The notes under the pieces are model-generated. The model did no database searches. It was not told the origin of the DNA and saw only the letters and a program-made list of their open reading frames with translations. Shown in pieces: positions 58,201-64,000 of a stretch of 64,000 nt of DNA. The translations under genes were made by a program, and so were the position numbers. How positions within the stretch are numbered: position 1 is the first letter of the stretch; each line of letters begins with the position of its first letter. The stretch is from Clostridia bacterium. GTDB lineage: Bacteria > Bacillota > Clostridia > UMGS1883. The stretch is from positions 94 to 64,093 of the forward strand of contig JAFQQD010000041.1 in NCBI GenBank assembly GCA_017411435.1, read 5' to 3'.

Positions 58201-58908
58201 GCTTGCTATACCGAAGTTAACTGTAGCACGAGTAGTGTTTGAAGACTTGATAGTTGCCTTAACTGTGTAATCTGTTTCAGTCCAGTTTGCTGAACCTTCA
58301 GGTAAAGATTTGTTGGGAAGAATATGTTCTTCAGTAGTGTCGTTACCTACACGAGCACCTACTACTGACCAGTAGCTCATATTGTTACCTGCTGCCCATG
58401 ATTCAACCATCATACCGCCTGTCACATTATCGCGAACCCAGGTATTGGAGTTTCCCCACTTGTAGGGAACGATGTTAACAAGGTCCGCATCATCTGCAAG
58501 TTCGTAAACTGCGAAAGTCAAATCGCGGTGTTCAAGTGTTGATGAACCCTCGGCAGCGGCAACATCTTCAAACGAGATTGTGTACTCGTCCTCAAGAACG
58601 ATACCGTCGTCAAGAGTTACCTTGTAAGTGTAGCGAGATGATACACCGTCTGCCTGAACATTAGCGTTTGCGTCTGCCTTGGCAAGGGTAAATTCATCTT
58701 CTGCCAAATAAGTTTCGCCATGCATAATAGCGATGGCTGAGTTTTCGAGGTCAATCGCCTGATTGAAATCGAGTGTAATGAAATCTGCGTCTGCGTCCCA
58801 GCTTACAAGCTCGAGAGGGTCAGCAGCGATTACGCTGAGTCCTGACAAAGCGGAAACAAGCATGCAAACGCATAAAATTATTGATTGAATTTTCAAATAT
58901 TTTGCCAT
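55276..58908 (-). CDS. Large secreted protein of unknown function with an internally duplicated ~200-aa domain (paralogue A)
   Basis: GAGGA RBS. Signal peptide 'MAKYLKIQSIILCVCMLVSALSGLSVIAADP'. Two copies of a domain carrying 'NFGIASDTQN...YRSDSASRAAYFARTSAPN' / 'NIGIGHTFAPNANYGFDH'. The first ~400 aa are >80% identical to the 59634..62195 product. Confidence 0.7.
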   Translation of the reverse strand: MAKYLKIQSIILCVCMLVSALSGLSVIAADPLELVSWDADADFITLDFNQAIDLENSAIAIMHGETYLAEDEFTLAKADANANVQADGVSSRYTYKVTLDDGIVLEDEYTISFEDVAAAEGSSTLEHRDLTFAVYELADDADLVNIVPYKWGNSNTWVRDNVTGGMMVESWAAGNNMSYWSVVGARVGNDTTEEHILPNKSLPEGSANWTETDYTVKATIKSSNTTRATVNFGIASDTQNIHSESATGAKFVGIKTYDYAAMETTSHDAAYYLMANSNYRSDSASRAAYFARTSAPNLDFENGFEFKVSSKAGVVRAFLNGEKLMDGEVEVNAGYPFLSMNPSGTTSGTTAKCQIYDFQVTQVREIFSVELDKDTDVEVRDTLNLTFSSAIDPTTKDNIKIIPEGGEAIPTENYTVSLSEGDTVATITFVERLEYETNYTINIDGVKIDGAGKASIKGALNFRTKDLPPQSPELIASWDVDTAGVEVTFSEPISEYDATLSKNGVEIESTAGAVAGPEVIVIAPADGSAIEEGIPYEIKLENIANVGDTKALLIWKKAFVLGEVEGAPYAYQIVDAELDSATGLDIEGSLDITFDTEIDEATIGGIVLNDENGDPVNTEDYTVSLSADKLTATIEYANLAYESDYEIVFTDVKVAAEDRLAAINPVAFATKVEPIALDEVFVDWNADLDFITLEFNAEITDLDATLKQGNSTVPVTFEAAASEYMDAGNSTRYTYKVIPEGGLQPFIGYALTIYNVDCETEIWADDEKTINFKVDLLDEGFVGPTTASGKDTYVYKSNGTVTQHEDGLGLKIQYSGQNKARTMITHGVGEDSDASKAIGSVLAQPNSVYSHKDYTLKATFKNITGTSTSNIGIGHTFAPNANYGFDHTWYRGIGIQMAVASSSLRAYSHPIPTDLGDTDGDGSTNYAYNTTTMTDTSYSGLNGTTGIELKLAMKDGNANFFVNGDKMLNIIDHGNNGAALLMFEPTSSTASDSYAEIVDIVMTRAYEICAAEIDADVDVDLTGEVTVTLEEEILSSEVAKIKLLDSDGNEVEGYSIEAASANEIVVTFEDLAYKSVYTLNFDDVTLESGKELANIPFMTIYPPTEIESFGVVGGGEIEGTVTISAVIKNNTDSAPCVFTATVAIYNSKGQMVAVQGGAYTLTTGQSCTVSVADFVCDSEETYTAKCFVWDSLEDMTEKEFSLAVDTVIGE

Positions 58909-59004
58909 ATTTTATTCCTCATTAATCAAATTTCGATGTGGTTACTGTTTTGTAACGAGCATGAAGCCCGAAACAAATGCAAAATGCATAATGCATAATG
59001 CAGA

Positions 59005-59421
59005 ATTTCCTTTCCTGTCATTCTGAAGGAGTGCAACGACTGAAGAATCTCCGAGATTCTTCGCTTACGCTCAGAATGACAACTTCTTCCCCGTCATTCT
59101 GAAGGAGCTTCCTCTTTTCCTGTCATTCTGAAGGAGCAAAGCGACTGAAGAATCTCTTTTGGGGATTCTTCGCTTCGAGATTCTTCGCTTACGCTCAGAA
59201 TGACAAAGGGGTGCGCGCTCAGAATGACAAAGGGGTGTGCGCTCAGAATGACAAAGGGGGCAAAATGACAAACCTTTCCAAAGCCCTCCTTGTGCAAAGG
59301 AGGGTGGCACGCGTAAGCGTGACGGGAGGATTGTTTTGTCAGTAATTTGCTTTGTTTGCAATCCCTCCGAGTTGCTTCGCAACCCACCTCCCTTTACACA
59401 AGGGAGGCTTCAGGGGAAGTC
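59005..59421. repeat. Composite tandem/inverted repeat element R2 (same family as R1 and R3)
   Basis: Units 'cctgtcattctgaaggagc', the gaagaatctc...gagattcttc hairpin (twice) and 3x 'gcgctcagaatgacaaagggg[tg]'. Additional long palindrome at 59285-59400 (gggaggattg...caatccctcc; ccctccttgtgcaaaggaggg). Confidence 0.85.
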
Positions 59422-59590
59422 TTATGGGTGTCGTCTGATTTCGCATTTCGCATTTCCTTACGCGTGTGCGCGCGTAAAAAAAAATAAAATAAGTAATATA
59501 TGCTGTTTATATCAACTAAAAAAGGGCATAGCTATCGCGTTGAATTCGACATAAAAGTCTAAAAAGCGTAGCCTAATAAAGCCTAATATA

Positions 59591-59618
59591 GGGAGGGGAC
59601 TTTTAAGTACCCCTCCCT
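59591..59618 (-). terminator. GC-rich hairpin immediately 3' of the 59634..62195 gene (probable terminator)
   Basis: gggagggg-acttttaagt-acccctccc with an 8-bp G/C stem, 15 nt after the stop codon. The U-tract is weak. Confidence 0.45.
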
Positions 59619-59633
59619 GAAAGGCGTAACTAA

Positions 59634-62195
59634 TTATTCAACTTCGATTGCGGGGAACCAGGCTTTGAGTGCGTCTGCGCTATCCCAAACGAAGATTTTT
59701 GCGTATGTACCGCCGTTTGTTTCAACATTTGCAAACTCAAGGTCTGTCTCACCTGTGTATGCAGCCTCAACCTCAGAGATGATAAGGTTTGTCATTGCGC
59801 CTGCTGCATTGTAGAATGCGCATGCTGCGAAGATTGCCTTATCGTTGAGTGTGTTGTTTGTAAGAGTTGTTAAAATTGAAACAGTTTCGTTACCTGCGAT
59901 TGCACCTTCAGCAACTGAAGCTTCGCCAATAGTAAAGTACTCGCCTGTTACATCAAGGTGTGTTGCACGGGTTGCAACGAAATCAGCAAGTGTAACTGAC
60001 ATACCCTGTGTAGAGTCGATTGCAGTCATGTTTACACAAATCTGTGCTGAACCTGCGTAATCCTGCTGAAGTGCCATGTCACTAACCTTAGAACCGTTGA
60101 TGTATGCACGAGCGTGCTGGTTCTTTGTTGAAAGCTTAAGAGTTGTACCTGCTTCGCCAAGGTCTACATCGAAGTAGCTACCCTGAGAAGCGTATTCCTG
60201 ACGATAGAGGTTACCGTTTGCAGATGAGTATGCACCTGTTGTGTCATACACCTTGAGGTTACCGCGATCCTGCTGTTCGTCGCCGGGAACAACTTCAGAA
60301 AGGTCCTGAACCTGCATACCTACACCTCTGAAGTATGAGTGGTCAACACCATAGCTTGCATTTCTTGAATATGCAGTAGAAAGCGCATATGAACCGTTCT
60401 TAACGTTTTCAGTATCCTTAAATGTTACCTTAACTGTGTAATCCTTTTCTGTGTAGGGAGAAGTCTTGCTCATTGAAGATTTTGATGAGTCTGTATCTTC
60501 ACCTACTGCGCGGTAAACAAACATTCTGCCTGTTGAAGACTTAGCTTCTGTTGTCAGTACAAGGTCGTCACCGTTAACATTTGAATATGTGGGAGTTGTG
60601 CTCTTGTTAAGGTATGTCTGTACAGAGCTTTCTGTGTCGTGTGTAAGACCTTCTGCGATAACTTCTACCTTGAAGGTCTTGGACCAGTTTGCAAGAACAA
60701 CATTACCTTCAGCGTCCTTAACATTAGCGATTGTTACTGTGTAGGGGATATCGCGTACGATACCGCCTGAAACGGGCTGAACCTTCCATGTGTAACGGGG
60801 AGCTTCTTCGATATCTTCATTTGTTGCAGTTGCACCTGCAGTAGCAACTTCCACACCTTTAGATGTTGTTACCATATTCTCGTCGTTAGCACAGCTTACA
60901 GTTACAGGAATCATTGTACCTGCCTGTGTAAGAGTTGCGTCAAGAGAAGCGATTTCTTCTGCGAAATCTACTGTGAAGAAGTCAAGGTCAGCATCCCAGT
61001 CAAGGATTTCTACGGGGAGTTCGCCTTCATCGGGTTCGGGAGGAACATAGCCCTCGGGAGCAACAACTGCAACTTCTTCGAATGTTGACTGTGTTACCTG
61101 GAAATCATAAAGCTGAACCTTTGCAGTTGTATCTGTTGTTTCACTTGATACATATACAGAAGCGAAGGGATAACCTGCAAGAACTTCTACTTCACCGTCC
61201 ATAAGCTTTGCGCCGTCCATGAATGCTCTTACAACGCCGTCCTTTGATGAAACCTTGAATTCAAAACCTGCTTCAGGATTGTAGTTGGGAGCACTTGTAC
61301 GCGCAAAGTAAGCAGCTCTGCTTGCTGAATCGCTTCTGTAGTTTGAATTAGCCATGAGATAGTAATCAGCGTCATGACTTGTTGTAGTCATTGCTGCGTA
61401 GTCGTATGTCTTGATACCCGTGAATTTTGCACCGGTAGCAGTTTCACTGTGCATATTCTGTGTGTCGCTTGCTATACCGAAGTTAACTGTACCACGAAGC
61501 ATGTTTGAAACCTTGATAGTTGCCTTTACAGTGTAATCTGTTTCAGTCCAGTTTGCCGAACCTGCAGGTAAACTTTTGTTGGGAAGTATATGCTCCTCAG
61601 TAGTGTCGTTACCTACACGGGCACCTACTACTGACCAGTAGCTCATGTTGTTACCACCATGATTGAATGCTTCAATCATCATACCGCCTGTTTCTTCATC
61701 GCGAACCCAAGTGTTGGAGTTGCCCCACTGGTAGGGAACTATGTCAACAAGGTCTGCATCAGTAGCGAGCTGCGCAACTGAGAATACAAGAGCGCTCTGT
61801 TCAAGTGTTGAAGCACCGTCAGAAGACTTAACATCCCAGAAAGAAACTGTGTACTCGTCGTCGAGAACGATATCGTCTGTAAGAGTCATCTTGTAGGTGT
61901 AGCGAGATGAAACACCATCTGCCTGAACAGAAGAGTTTGCATCTGCCTTAGCAATTGTGTAGTCCACACCTGCCTCCAAATATTCATCGCCGTGTTTAAC
62001 AACGAACTGTGAATTTTCGAGGTCAATCGCCTGATTGAAGTCGAGTGTGATGAAATCTGCGTCAGCGTCGTAGCTAACGAGTTCAAAGGGATCAGCTGCA
62101 AATACTGTCAAACCTGAAAGCATTGTTACAGCCATGCAAAGAGCTACCAAAAGAGAAAGGATTTTGCTAGTCTTTTTCATAATTTTTACCTCCAA
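59634..62195 (-). CDS. Large secreted protein of unknown function (paralogue B of 55276..58908)
   Basis: Signal peptide 'MKKTSKILSLLVALCMAVTMLSGLTVFAADP'. Shares the N-terminal ~400 aa and the duplicated domain (repeated 'SNYRSDSASRAAYFARTSAPN') with paralogue A. Related C-terminal 'KIFVWDS' beta-sandwich. Confidence 0.7.
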   Translation of the reverse strand: MEVKIMKKTSKILSLLVALCMAVTMLSGLTVFAADPFELVSYDADADFITLDFNQAIDLENSQFVVKHGDEYLEAGVDYTIAKADANSSVQADGVSSRYTYKMTLTDDIVLDDEYTVSFWDVKSSDGASTLEQSALVFSVAQLATDADLVDIVPYQWGNSNTWVRDEETGGMMIEAFNHGGNNMSYWSVVGARVGNDTTEEHILPNKSLPAGSANWTETDYTVKATIKVSNMLRGTVNFGIASDTQNMHSETATGAKFTGIKTYDYAAMTTTSHDADYYLMANSNYRSDSASRAAYFARTSAPNYNPEAGFEFKVSSKDGVVRAFMDGAKLMDGEVEVLAGYPFASVYVSSETTDTTAKVQLYDFQVTQSTFEEVAVVAPEGYVPPEPDEGELPVEILDWDADLDFFTVDFAEEIASLDATLTQAGTMIPVTVSCANDENMVTTSKGVEVATAGATATNEDIEEAPRYTWKVQPVSGGIVRDIPYTVTIANVKDAEGNVVLANWSKTFKVEVIAEGLTHDTESSVQTYLNKSTTPTYSNVNGDDLVLTTEAKSSTGRMFVYRAVGEDTDSSKSSMSKTSPYTEKDYTVKVTFKDTENVKNGSYALSTAYSRNASYGVDHSYFRGVGMQVQDLSEVVPGDEQQDRGNLKVYDTTGAYSSANGNLYRQEYASQGSYFDVDLGEAGTTLKLSTKNQHARAYINGSKVSDMALQQDYAGSAQICVNMTAIDSTQGMSVTLADFVATRATHLDVTGEYFTIGEASVAEGAIAGNETVSILTTLTNNTLNDKAIFAACAFYNAAGAMTNLIISEVEAAYTGETDLEFANVETNGGTYAKIFVWDSADALKAWFPAIEVE

Positions 62196-62237
62196 ATAAA
62201 TTTTTTATATTTTAATTAAAATTATTTTTAACTAAAT

Positions 62238-63710
62238 TTATTTGCTGTTTCTAGCCTTTTCTTCAAGGAATGCATCAACCTGACGCTGTGCTTCAGCGAT
62301 AACTTTTTCAAGTCCTCTGTCGTACATACCCTGAATATAATCGTCATAACCGTCTTCGATTGACTTAGCACCTACAAAGTAAGCAGTACCCTTTTCCTTA
62401 CGATAAGCTGTAAGGGCGGTGATTTCTGCTTCAACCTTTGAATTGTCAAATGAGAAGCCAAGAACGGGAGATACCTGATCGAGTTCAACTGCCTCGTTAT
62501 TAAGAGCTTCTGTCTGTTCCCAAACATCTGCGTCAGCACCTTCTCTTACGAGAGCGTTGAACTGGTTACCGAACTTCCAGTCAGCTTCAGGAGCGTACTT
62601 GCTGTCTTCCTTCTTTACAACAAAGCCGTCTTCGTTAAGGTCGTAGTGTACGCCTTCAATACCGAAGCAGATAAGGTTATAAAGCTCCTTGTTTGTGTTG
62701 ATAAGTTCGATGAACTTCATTGCCTCTTCCTTATGCTTGGAATTCTTACCGATACCAATCATTGTAGACTGACAAGCGCCTGCCTTGATGTAGGGCTTTG
62801 CAATGTTCCTAACAGCAACAACATCTTTGCCGAGAACATTCTTGATGTTTACTTCAACACCGGGCTTGTATGTCTGGATATCCATAGCATACTTACCTGC
62901 GAGGTAATCTGAGTTATCGTCTGTTGCAGAGAGTACATCCTTACGGATATAGCCCTTCTCATACCAACTGTAACGAATTCTCATACCTTCGAGGAATGAT
63001 TCGTGGTTGTCTGTGAATACAACATCGATACCTGTTTCGCCGTCAAAAGAGTCCTTATCGATAGCTATACCGATGGGAACGATTTCTTCAAATGTACCAT
63101 CAACCTTGAAGTAAGCGTTTCTGTTTCTCCAGGGCCAGATACCATCTTCATTTTCGTAAACTGCCTTCATGAAGGGTTCAAGCTGTGAGTATTCTGTGAT
63201 AGAATCTACATCAAGATTGTACTTTTCAACAAGTTCTACGGGAATGAAGGGGCAAGACTGTGCAGCAACAATCTGCTGATTGGGTACTGCGTAGATTTTT
63301 CCGTCAACCTTTGCTGCATCCCAGTAGAACTGAGGTGTAGCTTCTACAAGATCAGGAGTGAGCTTCAAAAGCTCATCAAGGGGTTCAAGACCACCAAGCT
63401 TCGCAGCTTTTGAGTAAACATTGATGTAACCTGTGAAGCAAAGGTCGAAATCGTCCTTTGAAGCCATCTTAAGTTCCATCTTCTGGCTAAAAGCACTCTG
63501 GTCAAGGAATTTGAGGTCGATTCTTGCACCAATTTCCTTTTCAACGATCTTGTTAGCGGCTTCCATAACCAAAGCGGTATCTTCCTGAGCATCGCCAGGT
63601 ACATACCATACAAGAGTAGGAATGTCGCCGTCTGCCTCTTTCTTGCCACAGCCTACAAAGCATGCTGCCACGAGTGTAAGAGCAAGAATTAAAGCAAGAA
63701 CTTTTTTCAT
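62238..63710 (-). CDS. ABC-transporter extracellular solute-binding lipoprotein (family 1, carbohydrate-type)
   Basis: Lipobox 'LVAACFVGCG'. ~490 aa SBP_bac_1-like sequence with aromatic-rich binding-cleft segments. Confidence 0.7.
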   Translation of the reverse strand: MKKVLALILALTLVAACFVGCGKKEADGDIPTLVWYVPGDAQEDTALVMEAANKIVEKEIGARIDLKFLDQSAFSQKMELKMASKDDFDLCFTGYINVYSKAAKLGGLEPLDELLKLTPDLVEATPQFYWDAAKVDGKIYAVPNQQIVAAQSCPFIPVELVEKYNLDVDSITEYSQLEPFMKAVYENEDGIWPWRNRNAYFKVDGTFEEIVPIGIAIDKDSFDGETGIDVVFTDNHESFLEGMRIRYSWYEKGYIRKDVLSATDDNSDYLAGKYAMDIQTYKPGVEVNIKNVLGKDVVAVRNIAKPYIKAGACQSTMIGIGKNSKHKEEAMKFIELINTNKELYNLICFGIEGVHYDLNEDGFVVKKEDSKYAPEADWKFGNQFNALVREGADADVWEQTEALNNEAVELDQVSPVLGFSFDNSKVEAEITALTAYRKEKGTAYFVGAKSIEDGYDDYIQGMYDRGLEKVIAEAQRQVDAFLEEKARNSK

Positions 63711-63770
63711 AATAACATCTCCTTCTATAATATAAATTACAATTAAAATTAAAATTAAAATTCGTAATAA

Positions 63771-64000
63771 TTGGGATTCTTCGCTGCGTTGTTTGGGGAC
63801 AGGTCAATTTTTGTTGCACCTGCGGATTACAAAAATGTCCCACGTCCCCCTATGGGGAGCGTCGCTCAGAATGACAGTGCTGTGTCATCCTGAAGGAGCA
63901 AAGCGACTGAAGAATCTCCTCTGGGATTCTTCGCTGCGCTCAGAATGGCAAAGGGGTGAGCGCTCAGAATGACAAAGGGGTGTGCGCTCAGAATGACAAA
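63771..64000. repeat. Composite repeat element R3 (truncated by the window end; same family as R1 and R2)
   Basis: gggattcttcgctgcg, gaagaatctcctctgggattcttcgc hairpin and 'gcgctcagaatgacaaaggggtg' units. Upstream stem gggaca..atttttgt/acaaaaat..gtccc. Confidence 0.8.

Overview
This window appears to be a Firmicutes/Clostridia-type chromosomal segment with low-to-moderate GC. Genes are densely packed, mostly on the minus strand.

The first ~27 kb is largely housekeeping and carbohydrate/amino-sugar metabolism:
- an XRE regulator, a standalone GMP-synthase ATP-PPase domain, cysK, tcdA, a nitroreductase, and trmD-rimM;
- a cell-wall amidase and two zinc-ribbon/TM surface proteins, one with a YARHG domain and one with a C-type-lectin-like domain;
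- an unusual HTH-cupin-AMP-ligase fusion gene preceded by a T-box leader;
- a GH3 hexosaminidase and purC;
- a cluster of Gfo/Idh/MocA oxidoreductases, a DegT aminotransferase, a creatininase-family protein and a DUF1080-like protein, with a divergent ROK regulator;
- YitT and the conserved smc-ftsY pair.

A five-tRNA operon (Gly-Arg-His-Gln-Lys) sits at ~26.8-27.3 kb with a near-consensus promoter. Downstream of it lies a ~37 kb accessory-like surface-protein region containing:
- a BspA-type LRR protein;
- three paralogous ~1380-1390 aa beta-helix/Fn3 proteins carrying C-terminal Cu-amine-oxidase-N1-like domains;
- a uxuA/uxuB glucuronate module with an esterase and an AraC regulator, then nagA/nagB;
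- two SLH-domain proteins and two paralogous large secreted proteins of unknown function;
- an ABC sugar-binding lipoprotein.

The most unusual feature is a family of composite tandem/inverted repeat elements of ~350-420 bp. They are built from 22-nt and 30-nt units that share a GTCATTCTGA/TCAGAATGAC core. They occupy three successive intergenic gaps upstream of the large surface-protein genes.

No CRISPR array, transposase, integrase or rRNA was seen.
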